This document shows, one piece after another, positions 1 to 7,756 of a stretch of 64,000 bases of DNA. The stretch's first letter is position 1, and each line of letters begins with the position of its first letter. The stretch comes from a virus, in IMG/VR virus record IMGVR_UViG_3300020439_000004, positions 32,001 through 96,000 of that record. One strand, written 5' to 3'. The position numbers were made by a program, and so were the translations under genes. Under the pieces are notes generated by a model, which saw only the letters and a program-made list of their open reading frames with translations, ran no database searches and was not told the origin of the DNA.

Positions 1-227
1 CACCCCTCGGTGAGCGCGTCGAGGTGCAGATCAGGCTCATCCTGCTTTGCCCATTTTGCATCCATGTGAGCGCGAGCGTCATCCATGCGGCTGTCAAGCC
101 ACGCCTCGAATTCCTCGCGCTCCTGCGCCTCATTTAGAAGCTCGTTGATCGCGCGGTTGTCCACGCCGAACTCCGTGCCTTCGTTAGTAAGATCTCTGAT
201 GTCTGAAGTAGTAAGTGAATTTTTCAT
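1..227 (-). CDS. small acidic early protein, truncated by window edge (MKNSLTTSDIRDLTNEGTEFGVDNRAINELL...)
   Basis: ATG at 227 with an open frame to position 1; own sigma70 promoter 5 nt upstream; absent from the ORF track because there is no stop in the window. Confidence 0.75.
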   Translation of the reverse strand, partial: MKNSLTTSDIRDLTNEGTEFGVDNRAINELLNEAQEREEFEAWLDSRMDDARAHMDAKWAKQDEPDLHLDALTEG

Positions 228-232
228 GCCTG

Positions 233-261
233 ACTATACCACAGGCTAAAAGAAAAGTCAA
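233..261 (-). promoter_or_regulatory. sigma70 promoter TTGACT-17-TATAGT (extended -10 TGn), leaderless
   Basis: minus strand reads TTGACT TTTCTTTTAGCCTGTGG TATAGT CAGGC ATG. Confidence 0.8.
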
Positions 262-328
262 AACTTTTTTGTTATTTTTTTCACTTTTTTTGCTTTTTTT
301 ATTTGACAAGCTTTTGCGTAGGAACTTC

Positions 329-409
329 TGTAAGTGCTTGATTATCAACGAGTTACAGCCGCGGCGGCATTCCGCGCCCGCGTAACTCCTTGAGGCTCAA
401 CGAGTTACG
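329..409. repeat. two related 29-bp imperfect palindromes (329-357, 381-409) flanking a GC-rich spacer
   Basis: TGTAAGTGCTTGA-TTA-TCAACGAGTTACA and CGTAACTCCTTGA-GGC-TCAACGAGTTACG; shared 12-mer TCAACGAGTTAC. Confidence 0.8.
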
Positions 410-635
410 AAGATTTTTTGTCATTCCATTCTCGCCACTTTTGTAGTACAGTGTTAGGGTCTTTGTGATGTCCTAACATTATTTTAAAAGTCTCCCATGT
501 CGGTTTTGGTTCTGTTAGGGATTCCCAAGCTTGCTTTCTTTGTTTTGGTGTCATGTTAGAGTTTAGTGCTTCTGTTAGAAAGTTTTGAGCTGACTCGCGC
601 CAGCTCTTTAGTTTTTCTCTGCCTGATTTTGACAT
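405..635 (-). CDS. small basic hypothetical early protein
   Basis: 76-aa ORF starting 2 nt after the stop of 638-886 (coupled). Confidence 0.7.
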   Translation of the reverse strand: MSKSGREKLKSWRESAQNFLTEALNSNMTPKQRKQAWESLTEPKPTWETFKIMLGHHKDPNTVLQKWREWNDKKSS

Positions 636-637
636 TG

Positions 638-886
638 TTAGGAAACTCCGTTAAGTTTATTAACCGCTCTATTGAGCCACACCATAACGAAAGCCCACAC
701 TAACGGAAGCCCAAACATGATGAACAAGATTGTGCCACCAGTTAAACCGTGAACGCTTTTCCTAAGTGACAGCCAAGACTCTTCTCCTAATGAGATTGCG
801 AGCAGACAGATGAAAAGATTAAAGGCGTTTGTGATTAGACAAGTGATAGTGAACTGGTCGAACAATTGAGTAAAGAATTTTTTCAT
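638..886 (-). CDS. small membrane protein (2 predicted TM helices)
   Basis: two hydrophobic stretches; leaderless promoter upstream. Confidence 0.75.
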   Translation of the reverse strand: MKKFFTQLFDQFTITCLITNAFNLFICLLAISLGEESWLSLRKSVHGLTGGTILFIMFGLPLVWAFVMVWLNRAVNKLNGVS

Positions 887-892
887 GATGTA

Positions 893-920
893 AGTATAGT
901 TGAATTTAAAGTTAATGCAA
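893..920 (-). promoter_or_regulatory. sigma70 promoter TTGCAT-16-TATACT, leaderless
   Basis: -10 hexamer lies 6 nt before the ATG at 886. Confidence 0.7.
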
Positions 921-924
921 GTTT

Positions 925-1167
925 TTATTTTGTTATTTCTAGTTTTCTGACAGAGGCTATACTTGCGTTGAATTTTCTAGCAAAGAACCCAAGTTTTTCG
1001 TTTGTGTTTTTTGCTGTGGCTATGAGGGCATTGAGCTGTCTCATTTGCTTAAGTGTCGCCTCCTGCTTTTCCTTATCGGATAGTTGGTTGCTTTCAGAGA
1101 TCCACTGCACAAGGCTTTCAGTTGCTTTGATGGTGGCTTCAATTTTTAACATTTCTTTTGTTTTCAT
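925..1167 (-). CDS. small coiled-coil early protein
   Basis: 80-aa helical ORF with own promoter. Confidence 0.75.
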   Translation of the reverse strand: MKTKEMLKIEATIKATESLVQWISESNQLSDKEKQEATLKQMRQLNALIATAKNTNEKLGFFARKFNASIASVRKLEITK

Positions 1168-1173
1168 GTTTTA

Positions 1174-1202
1174 ACTATAGCACAGATTTTTATTTAACGC
1201 AA
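1174..1202 (-). promoter_or_regulatory. sigma70 promoter TTGCGT-17-TATAGT (TGn), leaderless
   Basis: 6 nt before the ATG at 1167. Confidence 0.8.
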
Positions 1203-1221
1203 GTATTTATTTTATTTTTTT

Positions 1222-1401
1222 TTAGAACCAAGCTTCTAAGATTTCTTCCTCTACTACTTCGAAGACCTCATCTAATTCTTTGACCTCAACGTGTACGCAG
1301 TTATCTTCAATGTGAAACACAACCCCAGTGTCAACGAACTCTAAGTTTTCGCCATGCTTGAAAGTTACATTGTCGTTTATATCTATATCAGTTATTTTCA
1401 T
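1222..1401 (-). CDS. small acidic beta-barrel-like (SH3/KOW-like) early protein, 59 aa
   Basis: start moved to ATG 1401 (MKITDIDIN) because the upstream in-frame codons are the promoter itself. Confidence 0.7.
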   Translation of the reverse strand: MKITDIDINDNVTFKHGENLEFVDTGVVFHIEDNCVHVEVKELDEVFEVVEEEILEAWF

Positions 1402-1407
1402 GTCTCT

Positions 1408-1436
1408 ACTATACCACAGGTTCAAGTTAAACGCAA
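1408..1436 (-). promoter_or_regulatory. sigma70 promoter TTGCGT-17-TATAGT (TGn), leaderless
   Basis: 6 nt before the ATG at 1401. Confidence 0.8.
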
Positions 1437-1449
1437 GATCTTTTTTGTT

Positions 1450-1650
1450 TTATTTTTCGCATCCTATGCGGGCGGCTTCACCTGTCACGGATGTGTTTTT
1501 ACCTTTATGCTCACCCTCCATGATTTCACCAGAGCAGATTGGCTCGCCATTGTGAAAGCCATAGGTGGAAGGAAAGCACTTGACCTTGTAGCCGTTAAAG
1601 GTGACAATGTAGCGAGTGCGGTTAAGGAGTTCTGGATTTATTACTAACAT
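1450..1650 (-). CDS. small hypothetical early protein
   Basis: 66-aa ORF with own promoter. Confidence 0.7.
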   Translation of the reverse strand: MLVINPELLNRTRYIVTFNGYKVKCFPSTYGFHNGEPICSGEIMEGEHKGKNTSVTGEAARIGCEK

Positions 1651-1656
1651 GTTTAT

Positions 1657-1685
1657 ACTATAGCACAGTTTAAGTTAAAAGTCAA
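1657..1685 (-). promoter_or_regulatory. sigma70 promoter TTGACT-17-TATAGT (TGn), leaderless
   Basis: 6 nt before the ATG at 1650. Confidence 0.8.
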
Positions 1686-1705
1686 GGATAAAAGTATATT
1701 TTTTT

Positions 1706-1942
1706 TTATTTTTTTATAGTCAACGTGTTGAGCATAGGCGACCAGTCACGGCTAACCATGTCAGCCAAGCTCTCGCTTATATCGTCTATAGAGTCTATAG
1801 CGATCTCCTGCTCGCCTCCGTCTTGATCGACACCCCACACAAACCCATTTTCGAAGTCTGTATCTACAACAACGAACCACTCACCGCGGGCAGTGATCTC
1901 AGTTCCATTTCCTAAACGACTAATTAATTCTTTGTTTTTCAT
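1706..1942 (-). CDS. small acidic early protein, 78 aa
   Basis: start moved to ATG 1942 (MKNKELISRL); the longer ORF-track version runs through the promoter. Confidence 0.7.
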   Translation of the reverse strand: MKNKELISRLGNGTEITARGEWFVVVDTDFENGFVWGVDQDGGEQEIAIDSIDDISESLADMVSRDWSPMLNTLTIKK

Positions 1943-1948
1943 GTGGTA

Positions 1949-1977
1949 AGTATACCATACATTTAGCAAAAAGTCAA
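1949..1977 (-). promoter_or_regulatory. sigma70 promoter TTGACT-17-TATACT (TGn), leaderless
   Basis: 6 nt before the ATG at 1942. Confidence 0.8.
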
Positions 1978-2133
1978 TGGCTAAAAGTAAAAAAATTAAA
2001 GTTTTTTTGCAGAGGGGAGGGTTTTTTGAGAATTTTTGACTTTTCAGTTGACAGTCGAAGCCGCGGGGGGTGGTGATTTCTATAAACATCTTGCCACCAA
2101 AAGCGTAATATGTGTAAAATTATTTAACTATAT

Positions 2134-2805
2134 ATGTCATATAAGCAAAACAGGTCTTTGGGCCACATTGAGTTAACAGAAAAGCAGTCAGAGTTTCATA
2201 AGATTATGAGAAGCCCACAAACGCGGGTTGCCTTTATAAGCGGGCCAGCAGGAACGGCGAAGACCTTTTTATCTATATATACAGCATTATATAAACACTA
2301 TGATGATAATCTGCTTAATATCTTATATCTGAGAAGTTTGGCAGAGAGTGCTGATAAGGGGATGGGTTTTCTGAAAGGTACGATGGATGATAAATTTGGA
2401 CCATACGTTGGGCCGTTAGAAGATAAATTGGAGGAGTTGCTGAGTCCCGCAGAAAAGAAACATATTGAAATGAAACAAGTCGTCCAAGCAGCTCCAATTA
2501 ACTTTATGAGAGGAGCTACATGGAGAAATAAAGTTGTGATTGTAGATGAGGCGCAGAATATGACTATAAAAGAACTTACTACAATACTAACAAGAATAAG
2601 CAGAAATAGTACATTGTTTATATGTGGAGATACGATGCAGAGTGATATTAAGAAAACGGGGTTTGCTAGATTTTGTGAAGTATTTGATGATGAGGAGAGT
2701 CGAAGTTATGGGATACATCATTTGGAGTTTACTAAGGATGATGTGATGAGGGATAAGATTATAGGCTATTTAGTAGAAAAAATTGAAAAAAGTAATTTAA
2801 ATTAA
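2134..2805 (+). CDS. phoH: PhoH-family ATPase
   Basis: GPAGTAKT Walker A, MGFLKG, FMRGAT, IVDEAQN, GDTMQSD motifs. Confidence 0.93.
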   Translation: MSYKQNRSLGHIELTEKQSEFHKIMRSPQTRVAFISGPAGTAKTFLSIYTALYKHYDDNLLNILYLRSLAESADKGMGFLKGTMDDKFGPYVGPLEDKLEELLSPAEKKHIEMKQVVQAAPINFMRGATWRNKVVIVDEAQNMTIKELTTILTRISRNSTLFICGDTMQSDIKKTGFARFCEVFDDEESRSYGIHHLEFTKDDVMRDKIIGYLVEKIEKSNLN

Positions 2806-2811
2806 TAAAAT
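2783..2811 (+). promoter_or_regulatory. sigma70 promoter TTGAAA-17-TAAAAT, leaderless for 2818
   Basis: 6 nt before the ATG at 2818. Confidence 0.6.
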
Positions 2812-2817
2812 AAAGCT

Positions 2818-3186
2818 ATGAATAAGATGTTTTGTGTGTCGTGCGGGTTTAAAATACTCTATGAAGTAAGTAAACCTAAGTTTTGTTCTAGTTGTGGGCA
2901 TAATTTAGCAGGAATAACTAAAGCTAAAGTGGCTGAAGAGCCAGAAGAGGAGTCATCTATTGATTCTATTGATGTTAATAAGTTAAAAAGGAATATTTCT
3001 GTTGATTATAGTTCAGCTAAAACAACTTTAAAAGATATAATAGCTAGCTCTACTGCCGCGGATGCTAATCCAGAGTATAAGAGTAGACCAGCTTCAACCA
3101 ATGCTGAAGGAGATGCCTTGCTTAAGCAGATTCAACAAGAATGTGCTTCATCAAGAATGCGAGATGTAGATGAAGGAGGCGTTTGA
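2818..3186 (+). CDS. zinc-ribbon protein
   Basis: N-terminal FCVSCG...FCSSCG. Confidence 0.75.
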   Translation: MNKMFCVSCGFKILYEVSKPKFCSSCGHNLAGITKAKVAEEPEEESSIDSIDVNKLKRNISVDYSSAKTTLKDIIASSTAADANPEYKSRPASTNAEGDALLKQIQQECASSRMRDVDEGGV

Positions 3187-3850
3187 AGATAAACGCGAAG
3201 ATCTAGATCAACTTTTATTAAAATATAGACCTAAGTGGCAATTAAGCGCATTAGCATGGTTAGACTATGATGACGTTTGTCAGATAATTCGCTTACACGT
3301 TTATAATAAGTGGCATCTTTGGGATCAGTCGCGCCCATTTAAACCTTGGGCTTCTATGATTATCTCTAATCAGATAAAGAATCTGATCAGGAATAATTAT
3401 ACTAGTTTTGCTAAACCATGTTTGCGCTGTCAGTACAACATGGGTGGAACATTGTGTGATTGGACAAAGAGCGGAGATCAGGATAGAACATGTGCTGATT
3501 TCAACAAATGGAAGAAAAAGAAAGAACGGGCGTATAATATTAAGCTTCCATTAACATTAGATGATGGAGTTGCTACTCAAAACACTTCATCTATTAAAGA
3601 TCAAGTAGATTACAAGTTATCATCTGGCAGGTTGCATGAGTTAGTGATGACTCAGCTTAGTGAGCGGCATAAAGCGATATATGCCATGCTTTATATTGAG
3701 CATAAGGATGAGAAAGAGGTTGCTAAGAAATTTGGCTTCAAAGGAGACTCTACTAAAAGAAAAACAATAAGATATAAGCAAATATCTAATTTAAAAAAGA
3801 AATTTTATAGAATCGCAATTAAAATAATAGAGGACAACGATATACTATGA
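3170..3850 (+). CDS. RNA polymerase sigma factor (sigma70/ECF-like) with Cys-rich insertion
   Basis: region-2-like DYDDVCQ...FKPWASMIISNQIKNLIR; region-4-like LSERHKAIYAMLY...EVAKKFG. Confidence 0.75.
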   Translation: MKEAFEDKREDLDQLLLKYRPKWQLSALAWLDYDDVCQIIRLHVYNKWHLWDQSRPFKPWASMIISNQIKNLIRNNYTSFAKPCLRCQYNMGGTLCDWTKSGDQDRTCADFNKWKKKKERAYNIKLPLTLDDGVATQNTSSIKDQVDYKLSSGRLHELVMTQLSERHKAIYAMLYIEHKDEKEVAKKFGFKGDSTKRKTIRYKQISNLKKKFYRIAIKIIEDNDIL

Positions 3851-4908
3851 GTGAAGTAACTTTGACAGAGGAACAAAAACAACAAATAGAAAAATTATTT
3901 AAATCAAACCCCGATTTAAGAGATATCACCCAAAAAGTGTTTGATGATGAGAGTTTGGATGGTAGGTCGAAGCAAGGTAGGGCTGTTAGAGCATTCTTGA
4001 TTAAAAGCGATTTAACCTACAAAACTACTTTGGTTGACAAAGCAGAAGAGATAGATTTAACAACAGAGCAAAAGCAATTTTTAATGAGCAACAATATAGA
4101 GCGCGGAATGAACGCGCTAGAAGTTGCTCGTTTGACTTTTAAGGATAGAGAGATACAACCGCTTAGTCAGCAGCATAGAGTGACTATGGACTTTCTGAGA
4201 AAGTATCGCCCAGAGATAGTTGATGATAATGAAATGCTAACAAATGATAAGTGGTCGCCGCCAAAGTCCTTATCTAGAGCTATCAAAAAAGTCAATGACT
4301 GGGCTGGACAAAACTTTGATGAAATAACAATACAAACAAAACATAAAAAAATGTGCGAAAAGCTCTTGTTGTATCTCAAGAGTCCAAGATTTGTACATTT
4401 TATCAATCAATATTCTACAATAGCAGATAGAGAATTATTTGAGAGTGAATATGTCAGGACTGTATGGGACAAACCTGATTTAACTAATGATGAGCTTAAC
4501 TTGTACATCACTGTATGTACAAACTATGTACGCCAAAAGCATATTCAACAGAGAATAGACAAACTCAATGCTATGCTCAACGATTCTGAGAATGAGCAGA
4601 ATATTACTATAAGACTAACAGAAATAATCAAAGCCACCAGTGAAGAACTCAACCAATGTGAGAAAAGAATAGAATCGCTCACAAAAGATCTTAACGGAAG
4701 TAGGCAAGCGCGACTGAAAGCGCGTGGTGAAGAAAACGGTAGCATCGCAGCGCTCGTCGAAGCGTTTCAAGAAAAAGAAGAGCGAGATCGTATGATTCTA
4801 ATGGCAGAGATGCAAAATAAGCTCGTTGAAGATGAAGCTAATAGACTTGAGACTATGGACGAGTACAAAGCTCGTATACTTGGAATATCTAAAAAAGAAT
4901 TACTCTAA
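3847..4908 (+). CDS. hypothetical helical protein (possible terminase small subunit/packaging factor)
   Basis: position upstream of TerL; duplicated LTxEQKQ helix; C-terminal coiled coil. Confidence 0.45.
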   Translation: MSEVTLTEEQKQQIEKLFKSNPDLRDITQKVFDDESLDGRSKQGRAVRAFLIKSDLTYKTTLVDKAEEIDLTTEQKQFLMSNNIERGMNALEVARLTFKDREIQPLSQQHRVTMDFLRKYRPEIVDDNEMLTNDKWSPPKSLSRAIKKVNDWAGQNFDEITIQTKHKKMCEKLLLYLKSPRFVHFINQYSTIADRELFESEYVRTVWDKPDLTNDELNLYITVCTNYVRQKHIQQRIDKLNAMLNDSENEQNITIRLTEIIKATSEELNQCEKRIESLTKDLNGSRQARLKARGEENGSIAALVEAFQEKEERDRMILMAEMQNKLVEDEANRLETMDEYKARILGISKKELL

Positions 4909-5858
4909 TGGAATACAAGTGCAAAGAATGTGATAGAGAATTTGATAGCCGAAGAGGTTTTCATCTTCATTTGAAGGCGCATGCTTTGACTATAGGTGAT
5001 TATTATGTAAAACATTTTGATAGAAGAGATTTATATACAAATGATAGAATTCCATTCAAAAATTATGACCAGTATTTTAGAGATAATTTTACTAGTTATG
5101 ATAATTTTATAAAATGGGTTAATTCTGCTCCTGACAAAGATGTTAAGACACTGCTTAAGTCAAAAGCACAAGATAAATTCTCTTATAAGGGGATCGGTCT
5201 ATCTCCACCGAATCTTTATTATGATTTATCAGAGATGGCTAATATCAACCTCTATAAGAAATTATGGGGAAGCTATTCTAATTTTCTACAAGAATTAGAA
5301 ATAGAGAACTTCTATACAAAATCTCTGCCCCGAAACTTCTGGGATGACCCACATGACGACATAGAGATCTTTGTAGACACAAGAGAGAAAGCCCCACTTA
5401 AATTTAAGAATGCTATACAAAACAAATTAGACTTTGGGGATTATACAGTTGGAGGAGAACTTTACTCTAAAACATTTGTAGATAGGAAAGCACAAGACGA
5501 TTTCAGACACACATTTGGCAAAGACATCAACCGCTTCAGGAGAGAGATGGATAGATGTGTGCAATTTGATTCTTATATGTTTGTTGTAGCAGAAACAAAT
5601 ATAGAAAAACTAGAAAACCATAATAAAAGATCTAAATTCAAATCCAACCTAAGCTATCTCTGGCACAATGTCAGAGGTTTAATGGTAGAATACCCTAGAA
5701 ACTTACAAATCATATTTGCCCACAATAGAGCAGGAGCAAAGAAGATAATACCAAAAATACTTTTTTACGGTAAGGATTTGTGGAATGTAGATTTACAATA
5801 TTTTATAGACGAGAAAGTACATGGCTTGGAACAAAGGAGAACAAGGATATCGGCTTGA
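4908..5858 (+). CDS. C2H2 zinc finger + ERCC4/XPF-type nuclease
   Basis: CKEC-x12-HLKAH; VDTRE...GDY...DRK ERCC4 signature. Confidence 0.75.
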   Translation: MEYKCKECDREFDSRRGFHLHLKAHALTIGDYYVKHFDRRDLYTNDRIPFKNYDQYFRDNFTSYDNFIKWVNSAPDKDVKTLLKSKAQDKFSYKGIGLSPPNLYYDLSEMANINLYKKLWGSYSNFLQELEIENFYTKSLPRNFWDDPHDDIEIFVDTREKAPLKFKNAIQNKLDFGDYTVGGELYSKTFVDRKAQDDFRHTFGKDINRFRREMDRCVQFDSYMFVVAETNIEKLENHNKRSKFKSNLSYLWHNVRGLMVEYPRNLQIIFAHNRAGAKKIIPKILFYGKDLWNVDLQYFIDEKVHGLEQRRTRISA

Positions 5859-7713
5859 CCATTCAGCTACAGAGTTAAATGAACAACTCAAAGCTATGGA
5901 AGGAAGCATCAAAGAAGAAGATGCTAGATACTACTTATATAAATTTCTAAGAAACAATATTTCATTCACCTCCGAAATGTTCTTAGGTGTTAGGTTATTC
6001 CCATTCCAAGCTATGGCTATTAAAGGAATGATGGTATCTGACTATTCTATGTTCGTATTCTCACGAGGAATGTCTAAGACCTTCTCTACAGCAATATATG
6101 TGCTGTTAGAGTGCCTCCTCAATCCTAAAGCAAATATAGGCGTTATAGCGGGTAGTTTCAGACAGTCTAAGCAAATCTTTCAGAAGATGGAAGATATATT
6201 GAGTAAACCAGAAGCTAGTTTACTTAAAGAATGTGGATTTAAAATACAAAAAGGAACTGACCAGTGGACATTGACTCTTGGCAGTAGCAGAGCTATAGCA
6301 CTGCCGCTGGCTAATGGAGAAAGGCTTCGGGGATTCCGATTTAATAGGATAGTGTTGGATGAGTTTTTAACTATACCAGAAAAGATTTTTAACGAAGTTA
6401 TTATTCCTTTTCTGGGTGTGGTGGAAAACCCTATCGAGCGCGAGGAATTATACAATCTCGAATCAAAATTAATCGAGAAAAATGAGATGAAGGAAGAAGA
6501 TCGGTATATTTGGCCCAATAACAAATTAATTATTCTTTCATCTCCATCCTTCAAATTTGAGTACATGTATAAACTTTATAAGAAGTATGAAGATTTAATA
6601 AATGGTTTGGGGGTAAAAGAGGGCGATGAAGAAGACGATTTTAAAGATGATGCTTATAGACTGATAATGCAGTTGAGTTATGATTGCGCTCCATCAAGAC
6701 TTTATGATCAGAACTTGCTTAAACAGGCAAAAGCTACAATGAGTGAAATGCAGTTTAAGAGGGAGTTTGGCGCACAATTTATAGATGAAAGTGATGGATA
6801 TTTTAGATTATCAAAAATGGCTGCTTGTACAATACCAGACGGTGAAATGCCAGCAGTTGAGATTGTTGGAAACCCTAGTGATGAATATATTTTGTCCTTT
6901 GACCCTAACTGGGCGGGAAACACAAGTGCTGACCATTTTGCTATGCATGTTTTCAAGATAGATAGAGATTCTCAGAAAGTTTGCTTAGTTCATAGCTATG
7001 CTATAGCAGGAGTATCTCTGAAACAGCATATGGAGTATTTTTTATATCTAATTAAATATTTTAACATAGTTGGTATATGCGGGGACTATAACGGTGGTGT
7101 CCAGTTTATAAACTCATGCAACGAGAGCGCTATCTTCAAAAACGAAAATATAAAGATTGGGGTTATAGATGTTGATTTAGAAAAACCAGAAAACTGGCAT
7201 TCAGACATAATGAGCTTCAAGAGTCAATACAATGTAAAGTCAAGAAACTATTGTATACTAAGAAAACCAACAGCAAACTGGAATAGGAATGCTAATGAGA
7301 TGCTACAGGCGGCAATAGACCATAAAAGAATATTATTTGCTTCTAGAGCGGTAGACACACACTTTGACGAGCAGAGAAAGAAAAATATACCCATAGACAA
7401 AATTAAATGGGATATGAAAATGTTGGGATCTTCAAAAGGAGCCTTAATGATTGATTTTATTGATCATCAGAAGTCAATAGTTGAATTAACTAAATCTGAA
7501 TGTGCAAACATAGAAGTTGTAGCTAATCCACAAGGCTCTCAGTCATTTAATCTACCACAAAACCTTAGAAGACAAAAAGGTCCAAATAGAGCTAGAAAAG
7601 ACTCATATTCTGCTTTGGTATTAGGAAACTGGTTTGCCAAAGTATTTTTTGATTCTGAAAATGCTACAGCAGAGAGACGAGTAGAAAGTACATTTGTGCC
7701 TTTTGCGATTTGA
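5821..7713 (+). CDS. terL: terminase large subunit
   Basis: LFPFQ Q-motif, SRGMSKT Walker A, IVLDE Walker B, LSFDP and RKDSYSAL RNase-H-like motifs. Confidence 0.9.
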   Translation: MAWNKGEQGYRLDHSATELNEQLKAMEGSIKEEDARYYLYKFLRNNISFTSEMFLGVRLFPFQAMAIKGMMVSDYSMFVFSRGMSKTFSTAIYVLLECLLNPKANIGVIAGSFRQSKQIFQKMEDILSKPEASLLKECGFKIQKGTDQWTLTLGSSRAIALPLANGERLRGFRFNRIVLDEFLTIPEKIFNEVIIPFLGVVENPIEREELYNLESKLIEKNEMKEEDRYIWPNNKLIILSSPSFKFEYMYKLYKKYEDLINGLGVKEGDEEDDFKDDAYRLIMQLSYDCAPSRLYDQNLLKQAKATMSEMQFKREFGAQFIDESDGYFRLSKMAACTIPDGEMPAVEIVGNPSDEYILSFDPNWAGNTSADHFAMHVFKIDRDSQKVCLVHSYAIAGVSLKQHMEYFLYLIKYFNIVGICGDYNGGVQFINSCNESAIFKNENIKIGVIDVDLEKPENWHSDIMSFKSQYNVKSRNYCILRKPTANWNRNANEMLQAAIDHKRILFASRAVDTHFDEQRKKNIPIDKIKWDMKMLGSSKGALMIDFIDHQKSIVELTKSECANIEVVANPQGSQSFNLPQNLRRQKGPNRARKDSYSALVLGNWFAKVFFDSENATAERRVESTFVPFAI

Positions 7714-7756
7714 AAAGTTTCAAAGTAACTTTTATAACTTTAGTGTAAACTTTTAT

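Noticed and set aside
866-1647. plus-strand ORFs 866-1174, 1328-1555, 1354-1647
   Set aside because: antisense shadows of promoter-supported minus-strand genes
1943-2089. N-terminal extension of the 1706 ORF (and 1402-1425 for the 1222 ORF)
   Set aside because: the extension spans the promoter and T-tracts; the leaderless ATG fits the repeated pattern
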